Shown in pieces: positions 25,801 through 34,818 of a stretch of DNA of 50,298 nucleotides. Position numbers and translations under genes: made by a program. Source of the stretch: an uncultured bacterium (GTDB lineage Bacteria; Hinthialibacterota; Hinthialibacteria; OLB16). The stretch is from contig CAZORO010000002.1 in NCBI GenBank assembly GCA_964581845.1, positions 1 to 50,298 on the forward strand. The letters run 5' to 3'. Below the pieces are notes generated by a model that worked only from the letters and a program-made list of their open reading frames with translations, ran no database searches and was not told the DNA's origin. Each line of letters starts with the position of its first letter. Positions within the stretch are counted from its first letter, which is position 1.

Positions 25801-26040
25801 ATTGGCGATTAGAAGGTTAAAATCTGTCTTGCTTTTGAGCTGAGTCCAGCACTCAAACGTGAGGGGAGGGTTCTGGAAATCCGTGCTTGCGGGGGTTTCC
25901 AAGGACCCGTTTGGAGCGTAAAGCGCCTTTCCGAAACATCCATCCTTCAAGAGTGTGGAAGTTGGAGTGGTATGGGTTGAGGATGCTCCATCTACCGTGG
26001 CAAATATTGAAAGAATCAATAAGGAATGAAACAATTGCAT
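22810..26040 (-). CDS. Secreted LamG-domain / GH2-family glycosidase (beta-mannosidase-like)
   Basis: AAGGAG lies 7 nt upstream of the ATG. Signal peptide MQLFHSLLILSIFATVDG. N-terminal LamG-like module (FECWTQLKSK...GTHWELYTY...DEIRISKG). GH2-like segments follow: VWLNGKELGSHEGMFGGPEFDITD, GIWRPVRIE, IRAWGAGMPE, YGAGNESD. Confidence 0.85.
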   Translation of the reverse strand: MQLFHSLLILSIFATVDGASSTHTTPTSTLLKDGCFGKALYAPNGSLETPASTDFQNPPLTFECWTQLKSKTDFNLLIANESKESGTHWELYTYSGTGFFSAYLPGYTPSDVRSNIDITDGKWHYAAMAFDGFSVRLYVDAKEVANQAVTRNTMESKPGSLRIGTVEQTGYEFSCNGLIDEIRISKGIRPIESIPNAPFENDAQTIALWHLDRLDHGVFPDASPKGHVLTPHAVTRTSMDDADRKAFKASPAPMDATPQVIELNPGTIHQPQGPKILSLDGIWEMAEEGDQNARLTAQWTDTIPARVPGSVHTALVEAGKIPEPSFGLNDTVARENSFKTWWFKKTFSCPRGNPPVRLVFGGAAVKTTVWLNGKELGSHEGMFGGPEFDITDSLQDENTLIVKIFPAPYEEGAGLPNDFFRGMNVGWMRTVVFNNVYGWHYSNIPAIGIWRPVRIETSPTVRIIDPFIATQNAHEGLLDFSTLLQANKNSFSGTLSGIIQPENFSGKSCHFKIPIESSSATATARLQFKVPDPKIWWPNDLGEQNLYKLKLSFVPHNQGTADYKETTFGLRTIRMTPWPDGPRKNLYNWTFTVNERPMFVKGTGWCTMDPLMNFSRERYDRFLTIAEKQHVQIIRAWGAGMPETDEFYDLCNRKGIMVIQEWPTAWNSHRWQPTPMLKETIRLNTLRLRNNPALVMYGAGNESDDIFHPVIDMMGKMSIELDGTRPFHRGEGAGGSIHNYSCWWGKAHLDYNLTMTAGFFGEFGIACLPVLESVLRYLPEEEKTAWPPTDESAFAHHTPVFNKMEDMARLYQYSGYFMNPDNMEDFILGSQLAQTTAVRHTLERARTRWPECSGSLYYKLNDNYPAASWACSDWYGAPKMSHYFYENAFSPLHGCILFDTVNSVSKEITLPVFLLDDTDALKDHNWQVNVSAFNSELFEIQTTSFKGKDQIDRVKHLGGFHLTSGQTNTTPLLITVEVVVDGKLEDRTFYWVNYEARKDCLMDLPKTQLLMTVKGETVTIRNRGSLPAVGVNIQCPGHEDTFLADENFFWLNPGEVKTVRVNETKGLRLEGWNLER

Positions 26041-26061
26041 GGTTTATCTCCTTTGGTTTGG

Positions 26062-29000
26062 TCAATAATGATGCCAGTTGTTCACTTTCAACGTACTGCC
26101 GCCAGGGCTTGGCGAATCGGCAATCCAATTGGTTGGGTTATTTCCGGAGATATGAGAAGACAAACGGTGCAGAGACTTTCCTTGCCCATCCGCTTCCTCC
26201 GGCCAGGGAGCTGCATGGAAATAGATGACCTCATCGATAACAGCCCATGCGGGGAGGTTCATTTTATCGCCGGTGAGCACAGGGGCCTCGATTGTGATTC
26301 GCTCACCTTTCCCAGAAAGGTGCCCTTCGTAAGGTCCAAGAAGAGTGATTGATCCGGTTGGAAGGTTGTAGGCCTGTTCAAATGTGGCGCGGTTCGATTC
26401 AACTAAGGGTTCAAAGCCGGCAACCAGGACACTGCTCCTTGCGGGAATCTCAAATCCGTTGGGGAAGGTAAAATCGATGCCACCCGAGAACCGCCATGGC
26501 CCCGCGGAATTGCCGCAGGAGACAGTTGAATCAGTGGAATTATGGATTTCAATGTATTCCAGATTCACTGGGCCAGTCTGTTGGGGATGATACATGACCT
26601 CGGAAATGATGAGGGGTGTGCTGCCAGGCTGGTTGTCACCTCCCTTGGTGGGTGCCATCAAGGTAAGGAAGGGTTCAGATACAGGATATCTGCCAGTGCT
26701 CTTGATACTCTCCAATGCTTTATATCTCATGCAATCCACCACGCGATCCTGATCTGTGGGAGGCATGTGTGTGAGAAACAGTTTCCCTCCTGTTGGATCC
26801 AGGTTAAATCCGGCGAGGGAGGTGGCATCCACAATCCAATGTGCTCCTGGTTGGAGTGTAGTTGGGGGGAGGGCCCATTTGTTTAGTTCATCCGCGGAGG
26901 TGCTCAAGAAAAGGTACTGGAAGCTGATGGGGGTTTGAGTGGGATTATGAAGCTCGGCCCAGGGGTGTTTGGCGGAAGCAGAAGCTTCACTGATGATCAG
27001 ACCGGGAATGGGTTCGGGATCCTCTGCTCCAGGAGAGCCGCCGAGGAAGGTGCTGCCACGCCAATTTCCGCCATAGTAAAGAGAACCCGAGGGTTCGTTT
27101 ACATAAGCCTCCGCCAGTGGGACCAGTGAATGTCCCGCGCCACAGGCCTCGCCGGGCCAACCGCGTCCATCGCTGTAGTCAAACTCAACAATGGAGCCGC
27201 CACGGGAATCGATGAGAGCTACATGTTCGCCATTCTTATCCAACCCCCCCTCGTACTCTCCAGCGATGGGAAGGCCAACGCCATAACGTGACTCAAAGGC
27301 GGAATGGTTACTGACAATAAGTGCGTATCCCCCAGGAGCCAGTGATGTGATGGAACCGCGGGAGAAAACGAAACTGACTCCATCCGAAAAAGTAATCCCC
27401 TCAAGATCGAGATTCTCACTTCCCGTATTCTGGAGTTCAATGAATTCAAAATCCCCTGGCGTATAGACACTTCCATCGGGGGGATTGCTGGGATCGAACA
27501 TGAGTTCTGATATGCGAAGCCATTGCTGCTGAGGACTTAATATGGGCTCTCCCTCATAGGTGCATATGATTGTCCCGATGGCGTTCTCCAAAGTGACCGG
27601 ATAGCCGGTATTAGTAAGGCTTCCAGAGTAATTTCCCTGGACAAACAATCCTTGACCCCCTGTGGGTGAAGTGGTTCTTTTCCGGAATCCATTCACATCC
27701 GGTGAGAGATAGAGCACATTGTGCGGTTCTGTACCAGGAATAACCGTGCCTGGTTGGAATTCAAATTCGATAGGACCAGAAATCCGCCATCCAGAAACAT
27801 CGGCGGCAAAATCATTTGGATTCACCAGGCGGATGTAGTCACCGGATTGCGTGTGTGTGACTGGGGCGATATGGATGGAGTCAATTAGTATGGTGGAATT
27901 ATTGGGTTGTGTATCAGGAATTTCCCCACTAGTACGGAATGGGATAGCGGGATTATTTTTAGGCGAGTCATCCGGGAAGGAGTTATCCTCCAAAGCGTCG
28001 AAATGGAAAAGCCCCAGGGTGGATGAATCACTAGTGAGAGGACCAGAGGGAACCGAGTTCATGGCACGGCTGGTATTGGAGATCCTCAAATCATCGATCG
28101 AGCCGGTTATGGGGAAATTATTGGGAGCCTCTTGGTCTGGTAGAGCGCCCACGATGACTGGGTAATTGTTAGAGGCGATGGTTCCGGTGACTGCTTGATC
28201 AATGACCTTGGTACCGTCTACGAAGAGGAGCAACTTTCCACTGGATATCCTGAACGAGATGAAATGCCACTGAGAATCGTTGATCGTGAGCGAAGAGGAG
28301 GAGGTATGGGGAGAGAGGTCTGGGGTGTAGAGGGAGATGAATCCGCTTGAGGGGGTGGTGTAGATTTCCCAATGTCCTGATCCCTTGGGCGCGCGGGAAA
28401 GAAGCACTTGGAAGGATGTAGAAAAACTGATCTTGACCCAGAATTCAGCGGAAAAAACCGAGGAATTAAATTGGCTCAAATAAGGAAGCTCAATTTTCCG
28501 GAGTCCACCATTACCATATTTCGCCGCCTCCGAGAACCTTCCCGTTGTGAGAATATCCTGGGGTGAGCCGCTGAAGTGTGTTTGGTAAAGATGTACCCGC
28601 CGTTGCTGGAAATAGTTGGTTTTCAGAATGCTGAAAGCGGCCGAGAGAGTCTGACTCTGGCCGAAGCCAGGCCCCCATTTGGCGAGATCGAGCGCGGCAT
28701 CGGCTTGAAGGAGGGGATAAAGGTCATCTAGACGTTTCTCGAATAGTAGATCTCTGTTGGCGGTTCCTGGTGGTTGAAGAAAATGGTCCATCAAGGTCCG
28801 TAGACGGCGTACAAACATTTCCCTCAATGCCGGGTGAGCGTATATGGCATCAAAAAGACGGTTGACGCCACAGCAGTTATGTGTGGCGTCGCCATAGAAA
28901 GGATGACTGATAGCTGGACCAGAATCATCGCTTCCAGTGATGTAGTCGCTCTGGAGACCTGATGCGCCAAAGGTCAAATCCTTATCCCAGGGGAAGATGG

Positions 29001-31197
29001 ACCATTCTCCAGTTCCATTGGTGTCTCGGTAGAGGTAGTAATTCTTGATGGCGCGGTCCCAATCCTGCGAGATAATACCCGATGCCAAGTAATTGATGAC
29101 GCACGGAACATTCAGGTTATCCATCAAGTAGTTATTACGATTCGAGTTGGCGGTCTGGATGGAATTCACGAATTGCTGCAAATCGGTGATTCCCTCGTCC
29201 TTGCGGGTTTTCTTTTCGTAGGTTCCAACGCTTACTCCGGTGAGACCATTGAAGATCTTGTATAACGCCCCCTCTGGATCAAGGTCCCAGGCCTCTAGGA
29301 AGTCATCATCGACTTGTTCAATCGCCAACGCCAGGCTGAAAAATTGATCGTTGCGTTGAACTCGCACCGGGAAGGCTTGACAGGCGGGTACACCGGAGGC
29401 CCGGTAGGTCTCAAAGGTGAGCACGGGACGGATATAGGCCTTATCCTGGAAAGTGCTGTTGAGGTTGAGCTCCTCGACCAGTTCCCTCCCATCCATGAGG
29501 TTGAAATGGTAGCCGCGGTTGAAGTCGAACTTGTAGGGTTTTTTGGGAACTTGAGCGGCGGTGGCGCCACGGACGCGCACGAAGATGTTGTCGTAGAAAA
29601 TGCCGTTGTAATAAACCGAGGCTCTCGCTCCAGTCTGGTTTGGGTTGTCTGCTCCGGCAGTGTCTTGGACAAACCAATGAAAGACGGGAAGGGGAGTCTG
29701 TAACGCTGAATCTGCGATCACTGTTCCGAAGTATTGTGGACTTACCGTGGGGTCGAGAAAAAGCGGAAGTCGTGACTCGGAATCCATGACATCCTTGGCT
29801 GTGATATAATAACGAACCATCTGTCCAGGAAGGGAGAGTGCGGCGGGGATAGCCGCGCCAAAAACGCCATCACCGGATGCTCCATCGCCATGGAGTCCAT
29901 CATCCAGCATCGTGGCTGTCCCTTCGGTTCCAAACATGATCCGGTAGTGGAGCATCACAGAAGCGACTGTCTCCAGGCTTTTCATGACACGTGCGGTAAC
30001 TTGAAGGGGTTCATTATCCAAGGGCTGGGAGGGTGTGTGTGTGGCCTCGAGAATTAGGGGGCCCAACGTGGTGGATGAGATGTTGTTGGATTCTCCTGGT
30101 GTTGGGGAGAGAAAGTATCCTAACGCCTCTTGAGAAGCCGAGACCGCTATTCCAGCCTCAAGGAGAGGCAAGATCAGGAAATCCGAGCTGTTGACTCCCC
30201 AGTTGAGTCCATGGAACGCAAGAACGTTCGTCCCGGAATGGAGAGCGGATTTATGGGCGGAGATATCGATATCCTCGTACACCAGGGCGAGGGGATCATC
30301 ATGATAGGTGACCGCCCCTGAGGACCAGCCTGGCTCTTCGGGCGCATTCCTTTCGGCAACTGGTTCGCCATTAAGGTAAACGATGAATCCATCATCGTAC
30401 TTCATGCGCAAGAGAAGGCTTTGAACTAGGCTCGGGTCCGTAACATTAAAAGGAAAACGGATGTAAATGGTCTGATTCTTTCCAAACATCATGCTTTCAG
30501 TATCCAGCCCGATCAGGGGCTCATATCCCGAATCTCTTTCATATCCCACTCCGGAGGTTCCTAAAGCCCAGGCTGAGTCCTCAAAGGTGGGATCGGTCCA
30601 GGTGAGAGCGAGATCCGCGTTGGAGGGGACAAGCGCCTTGGCGGGATCTGAGTCTCCGATCAATGTCTGGGTGGTCAGTGTCCGGCCAAATCCAAAGGAG
30701 ACATCGGAAACCTGAGGAGGGAAAGAGGGAGCGAACTCTGTGGCGATGGTCTTGCCATCCGGCTCCAGGAGCGCCAGATACTCCCCATCGGCGCTGAGTT
30801 TGAAGTTGGTGTGGAGGTTCTTTCCGGACACGCGGCGGTTTTTATCCGAGGCGAAGATCACCAGGTATTCACCAGGGTCGAGGCTCACATCGGGGAAGCG
30901 CCACTTGGTGGGATTCGATCTGGAATCGGTCAAGCACCAGTTCAGGAGAGACTGGGAGACAGCCCCCTCATTGGCGATCTCGATCCAATCCGGATAGTCT
31001 CCATCCTCATCCGGCAAGGTGCCTGAATTGGCAGCCATGAACTCCTGGATCACAACATCAGCGGCCGGACAGGAAGAGCCTGGACACAACAAAAATAAGA
31101 TAAAAACCCAAAAAAAAGGAAGAAAACAGGCATGTGACTTCACAAAAATCCAACCTTTCCACTCTCGGTCCCTTTGGCTACTGTAAGCATTCATCAT
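26062..31197 (-). CDS. Giant secreted multidomain protein with several lamin-tail domains, a CotH kinase-fold domain and a LamG domain
   Basis: LTD-like segments include VVIQEFMAANSG..DWIEIANEG, LRISELMFDP..FEFIELQNTG and LIISEVMYHP..LEYIEIHNST. The CotH-like core contains KKPYKFDFNRGYHF...DKAYIRPVLTFETYRASGVPA...GALYK. The LamG module is FSAEFWVK...GHWEIYTT...DDLRISNTS. The start is uncertain (the ATGs at 31263, 31197 and 31194 all have weak ribosome-binding sites). The stop is only 21 nt from the GH2 start. Confidence 0.85.
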   Translation of the reverse strand: MMNAYSSQRDREWKGWIFVKSHACFLPFFWVFILFLLCPGSSCPAADVVIQEFMAANSGTLPDEDGDYPDWIEIANEGAVSQSLLNWCLTDSRSNPTKWRFPDVSLDPGEYLVIFASDKNRRVSGKNLHTNFKLSADGEYLALLEPDGKTIATEFAPSFPPQVSDVSFGFGRTLTTQTLIGDSDPAKALVPSNADLALTWTDPTFEDSAWALGTSGVGYERDSGYEPLIGLDTESMMFGKNQTIYIRFPFNVTDPSLVQSLLLRMKYDDGFIVYLNGEPVAERNAPEEPGWSSGAVTYHDDPLALVYEDIDISAHKSALHSGTNVLAFHGLNWGVNSSDFLILPLLEAGIAVSASQEALGYFLSPTPGESNNISSTTLGPLILEATHTPSQPLDNEPLQVTARVMKSLETVASVMLHYRIMFGTEGTATMLDDGLHGDGASGDGVFGAAIPAALSLPGQMVRYYITAKDVMDSESRLPLFLDPTVSPQYFGTVIADSALQTPLPVFHWFVQDTAGADNPNQTGARASVYYNGIFYDNIFVRVRGATAAQVPKKPYKFDFNRGYHFNLMDGRELVEELNLNSTFQDKAYIRPVLTFETYRASGVPACQAFPVRVQRNDQFFSLALAIEQVDDDFLEAWDLDPEGALYKIFNGLTGVSVGTYEKKTRKDEGITDLQQFVNSIQTANSNRNNYLMDNLNVPCVINYLASGIISQDWDRAIKNYYLYRDTNGTGEWSIFPWDKDLTFGASGLQSDYITGSDDSGPAISHPFYGDATHNCCGVNRLFDAIYAHPALREMFVRRLRTLMDHFLQPPGTANRDLLFEKRLDDLYPLLQADAALDLAKWGPGFGQSQTLSAAFSILKTNYFQQRRVHLYQTHFSGSPQDILTTGRFSEAAKYGNGGLRKIELPYLSQFNSSVFSAEFWVKISFSTSFQVLLSRAPKGSGHWEIYTTPSSGFISLYTPDLSPHTSSSSLTINDSQWHFISFRISSGKLLLFVDGTKVIDQAVTGTIASNNYPVIVGALPDQEAPNNFPITGSIDDLRISNTSRAMNSVPSGPLTSDSSTLGLFHFDALEDNSFPDDSPKNNPAIPFRTSGEIPDTQPNNSTILIDSIHIAPVTHTQSGDYIRLVNPNDFAADVSGWRISGPIEFEFQPGTVIPGTEPHNVLYLSPDVNGFRKRTTSPTGGQGLFVQGNYSGSLTNTGYPVTLENAIGTIICTYEGEPILSPQQQWLRISELMFDPSNPPDGSVYTPGDFEFIELQNTGSENLDLEGITFSDGVSFVFSRGSITSLAPGGYALIVSNHSAFESRYGVGLPIAGEYEGGLDKNGEHVALIDSRGGSIVEFDYSDGRGWPGEACGAGHSLVPLAEAYVNEPSGSLYYGGNWRGSTFLGGSPGAEDPEPIPGLIISEASASAKHPWAELHNPTQTPISFQYLFLSTSADELNKWALPPTTLQPGAHWIVDATSLAGFNLDPTGGKLFLTHMPPTDQDRVVDCMRYKALESIKSTGRYPVSEPFLTLMAPTKGGDNQPGSTPLIISEVMYHPQQTGPVNLEYIEIHNSTDSTVSCGNSAGPWRFSGGIDFTFPNGFEIPARSSVLVAGFEPLVESNRATFEQAYNLPTGSITLLGPYEGHLSGKGERITIEAPVLTGDKMNLPAWAVIDEVIYFHAAPWPEEADGQGKSLHRLSSHISGNNPTNWIADSPSPGGSTLKVNNWHHY

Positions 31198-31452
31198 TTC
31201 TTGCCTTTGCCAACATCCACAGTCTTTGAACAGGAAAAAAAGGGTATTGACAAGCAAATTCATCTAATATATGGTTGTCATGTCAACCGAATCATAGGAT
31301 GATTCTTGACTCCAGGTCAACCCTGTGGAGTTTAGATGTTCTCATCTTGAGGTGTTGGGTGGGGCCCGTCCTAGTGGAACCCCATTGTCCGGATCTGTTC
31401 ATATGGTGAGCGTTCAACCACCTTTGAGATAACGGAAGGAGGCGAAGTGGAA

Positions 31453-34032
31453 ATGGTTAACTGTCGTGTTTTTCGTCGTATTCTATTCGTGGTGTTATTG
31501 GTTTTAAGTGGTTCATCACATGCGGCTACTCTTACGGTGGGGAGTGGGGGTGGGCATTCGACCCTGGCATCGGCTTTCGCGGCCGCCAATTCCAATGATG
31601 TGATTGAGATCATTGAAAGTGGCTTGGTGCTCAACGAACAGCTGAATGTCACCAAAACGAATATCACCATCCGGGGCCAGGCGGGATTGGCCGAGCAACC
31701 CACGATTACCGCAACGGGTGCCTTCGCATGGCCGGATGATGCGGTGATCCTGGTCGGAAATGGCAGTTTGGACTCTGGTAATGGCGCCGTGGGCGATGGA
31801 CTCGTCCTTCAAAACCTGACACTTCAGGGTGGGAATGGGTTGTTCGCCACGGTACGTATCATGGATGGAGCTAACACGAATGGTGTCAGCATCAGCGGCT
31901 GCACGATTCTAGCTCCCCCCTATCTGGATGGTGACGACAATTGGGATTCGTGTGTTAAGCTTTATCCCAATTCCAACGCGACTCTGACCAATTGCACATT
32001 GAAGGATGGCCGTTGGAATATCCGTGTTGGTGAACCGAATATCCAGTTTGGTGGTACCGCGAACCTGGTCATCAATGACTGCACTCTTGAGCACAAGGAG
32101 CGGTTAGGACGCAACATCGATGTGGTTACAGGTGGTTCGTTGAAGATCGATGGAAGCATCTTGCTCCAGCATACCGCTAGCGCTAGAAACATTGTATTAG
32201 CCAACGGTATTTTCGGTGAGGGAGTTGCTTTCGAACTACGCAATAGTATTATCGGAACCCACCCCGATGGACCGGGGTCAAGTGATGGAATCATTATCTG
32301 GCAGACTGGACCGGCCGGCGATCCTCAGAATTATTTCGCGGGACCGGGTTTGGATTTACCCAATTCGGCTATCATTGACAATTGCGACTTTATCGGCGGG
32401 ACAGGAAGCGGCCCAGGTGGTAATAATGCTACCTTTAATGCCCTGGTTTTCGTGGACACCTGTCCCACATGTTCTGTAAAAGACTGCATCTTCACTGGCT
32501 TCAGCCGATTCTGGTGGGTTCTAGGTTCAATGATCAATGTGGGTGATCTTGGCATTGGTGCCGAGGATTACAATGTTTACGCCTCCGCTGGCAAGGTGGG
32601 GGATGCAACTCAGGATGACCTTGATGACCTCAATTTCCTTCCCGAGGGCGCCAACAACCTGAATGATGTGGACCGCACGAACCTCTATACCGACCGCGCC
32701 GTGGGTGACTACACGCTCAAGGCAACATCCCCGGCCGCCTCACACAACTCTACGGGAACACCACCATATTCTGGTACCAACCGAGCCTATCGAACCTATG
32801 TCGAACCGCCACCACTACCGGTAACCAGAACAGTTCACCATACCCCCGGCATGGGTGATTACACCACGGTCACGGCTGCGGTTGGCGCGGCTAATCCTGG
32901 AGACACGATACTGATTATCGACAACTCCGCTCCCTTTGTCGGGAATATCATCATCAATGACGCCAGCCTTACTATCAAAGGGGACCCGACCCTCAATCCA
33001 CGTCCGACTATCGAGGGGGATGGCACTCCCGATCCAGTGTTTGGCGTCCTGGGTCAAGTGATCTTCCCACTTGCTGATAAACCGGTTATTGAGAACCTCA
33101 TTCTTGATGGACGTAACACTTCCATTGCACTGGCGGGATGGAATGGTGGGACCGGAGGTGTTTACAAGAATCTTCACATCATTGGGCCTACAGGAAATCC
33201 GGGAGATCCAGGATATTCCCACTCACAAAACTTCAATTCCTGGTTCCCGTGTACGGTGACTGACTGTGTGATCGAAGGGGGACGTGAGACGGTTGTGACT
33301 GAAGGCGGCGGATCACCTGGTACCATCTCCTTTACGAACTGCCAGATTCTTGGAGCAAGGTTGTCCGCTGTTCGAAACAATCCAGGCGTTGCTCGTACGA
33401 TGATCTTTAACAATTGCGATATCTCCCAGAATGGAACTGACCGGATGTTTGTCATGGCGGCCCCCAGCGCGTCACTGACTCTCAATGACTGCCTGATCCG
33501 CCCGGACAGCACCACTGGTGCCAGCACGGGAGACAGCACGATTCTCTTCTACGGTAGCGGTCCTGGTACATTGATTGTCGACAACTGCGACCTCATGGGG
33601 CCCGCCGCAACCACTCATAATGCTTTTACTTTCCTTCCGCCCATGACCAAGGTCAGTGTTACTGACAGCATTATGACCAACTATAACCGCTATTGGTGGA
33701 TCGAGGGTTCCTCCATTGGAAATCAGACTTTCTTGGATGGTTGCGAGGACTACAACTTCTATGGCAATGGTCTCCCCAACGATATTGCCACCGCCGATCA
33801 ACCCGATGATGTCTATCCCTATCCCGCCGGCGCACACAGCGTGAATCTCCTAGCGGAGGATCCACTTTACGGAAGTGTCCCAGCGGATGGGATTGGAGCC
33901 GATGCTGATGACTTCAAGTTGTTGTCGAACTCCCAAGCATCTACAACACCCCGCTCCTCCGTGGGAACCCAGACTTACGCTGGCTCCCAGGGTGGCGGTG
34001 GTACCGCTGTCGAGGGTTGGGAGTTATACTAA
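31453..34032 (+). CDS. Secreted right-handed beta-helix (pectate-lyase-fold-like) protein with an internal tandem duplication
   Basis: GGAAGGAGG lies 10 nt upstream of the ATG at 31453. Signal peptide MVNCRVFRRILFVVLLVLSGSSHA. NCTL, NCDF and DCIF-type repeat turns recur. The two roughly 400-aa halves align (for example DCIFTGFSRFWWVLGS..GAEDYNVY vs DSIMTNYNRYWWIEGS..GCEDYNFY). Confidence 0.8.
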   Translation: MVNCRVFRRILFVVLLVLSGSSHAATLTVGSGGGHSTLASAFAAANSNDVIEIIESGLVLNEQLNVTKTNITIRGQAGLAEQPTITATGAFAWPDDAVILVGNGSLDSGNGAVGDGLVLQNLTLQGGNGLFATVRIMDGANTNGVSISGCTILAPPYLDGDDNWDSCVKLYPNSNATLTNCTLKDGRWNIRVGEPNIQFGGTANLVINDCTLEHKERLGRNIDVVTGGSLKIDGSILLQHTASARNIVLANGIFGEGVAFELRNSIIGTHPDGPGSSDGIIIWQTGPAGDPQNYFAGPGLDLPNSAIIDNCDFIGGTGSGPGGNNATFNALVFVDTCPTCSVKDCIFTGFSRFWWVLGSMINVGDLGIGAEDYNVYASAGKVGDATQDDLDDLNFLPEGANNLNDVDRTNLYTDRAVGDYTLKATSPAASHNSTGTPPYSGTNRAYRTYVEPPPLPVTRTVHHTPGMGDYTTVTAAVGAANPGDTILIIDNSAPFVGNIIINDASLTIKGDPTLNPRPTIEGDGTPDPVFGVLGQVIFPLADKPVIENLILDGRNTSIALAGWNGGTGGVYKNLHIIGPTGNPGDPGYSHSQNFNSWFPCTVTDCVIEGGRETVVTEGGGSPGTISFTNCQILGARLSAVRNNPGVARTMIFNNCDISQNGTDRMFVMAAPSASLTLNDCLIRPDSTTGASTGDSTILFYGSGPGTLIVDNCDLMGPAATTHNAFTFLPPMTKVSVTDSIMTNYNRYWWIEGSSIGNQTFLDGCEDYNFYGNGLPNDIATADQPDDVYPYPAGAHSVNLLAEDPLYGSVPADGIGADADDFKLLSNSQASTTPRSSVGTQTYAGSQGGGGTAVEGWELY

Positions 34033-34085
34033 GGAGTGATTGTAACGCGAGTGCTTGCATATTCCGCGAGCGATGAATAGATAAT

Positions 34086-34118
34086 GGGGAGATGCTTCAG
34101 CGAATGGAGCATCTCCCC
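34086..34118 (+). terminator. Perfect 11-bp stem-loop downstream of the beta-helix gene; putative terminator or stabiliser with no U-tract
   Basis: GGGGAGATGCT-tcagcgaatgg-AGCATCTCCCC, located 54 nt after the stop at 34032 and followed by a C-run rather than a T-run. Confidence 0.3.
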
Positions 34119-34158
34119 CCCCCGGCCCCAAGGGGCGTACTATCGAGGGAGTCCTACC

Positions 34159-34749
34159 ATGAAAAAAAGCGGATTCACACTTATCGAGTTGTTGATTGTA
34201 ATCGCTATTATTCTGATCCTTATTTCGATTGCGCTTCCGAACTTCCTCGAGGCCCAGATAAGGGCGAAGGTGGTCCGGATGCGGGGTGATGTCAGGTCGA
34301 TGGCCATCGCCGCCATTTCATACCGGGGAGATTTTGGGAAATACCCTTACCCAACCGAGGAATTTTACCGGGGAAATCCTGATTGGATCTGCCGTCAACA
34401 GCGATTGACAACCCCTATCAAGTACATGACGACGCTTCCCAAGGATATCTTCCGGACTCCCCATGCCCACAACATGTTCGATCTCTTCGATTTTGAAGTG
34501 AATGGTGGGATCGATGCTTCCTGGTTTGTCCAAGACCCGCGGAATCCCCTGATTAAAAATGGAATTGATGTCTATATCCGGAGCTGGGGCCCCGACCGGA
34601 ATCAGGAATATCCATTCGCTGGAAGCTATGATGGCCTGGCGCACCGGTCCCGCGGTTGGAGCACCACCGAGGATGTTTACTCCGCAACCAATGGTACGGT
34701 CAGCCGTGGCGACTTGTGGGGACTATTGCCTGGTCCGATTTACTATTGA
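34159..34749 (+). CDS. Prepilin-type N-terminal cleavage/methylation domain protein (pseudopilin-like)
   Basis: MKKSGFTLIELLIVIAIILILISIALPNFLEAQIRAK is a canonical type IV pilin/T2SS pseudopilin N-terminus (G|FTLIE). I moved the start from 34084 to the ATG at 34159, which has GAGGGA upstream. Confidence 0.8.
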   Translation: MKKSGFTLIELLIVIAIILILISIALPNFLEAQIRAKVVRMRGDVRSMAIAAISYRGDFGKYPYPTEEFYRGNPDWICRQQRLTTPIKYMTTLPKDIFRTPHAHNMFDLFDFEVNGGIDASWFVQDPRNPLIKNGIDVYIRSWGPDRNQEYPFAGSYDGLAHRSRGWSTTEDVYSATNGTVSRGDLWGLLPGPIYY

Positions 34750-34818
34750 TCCCATGTTGTCCACTTTTATGGCCATCCAGTGGCCGTGCATGAACTCACA
34801 TTCGGCTGGAGGAAAACC

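Noticed and set aside
31264-31330. Short palindromes sharing GTCAACC (GGTTGTCATGTCAACC and TTGACTCCAGGTCAACC) in the CotH/beta-helix divergent region
   Set aside because: They are possible operator half-sites, but the stems are only 5 bp and there are only two occurrences. That is not enough to call a regulatory site.
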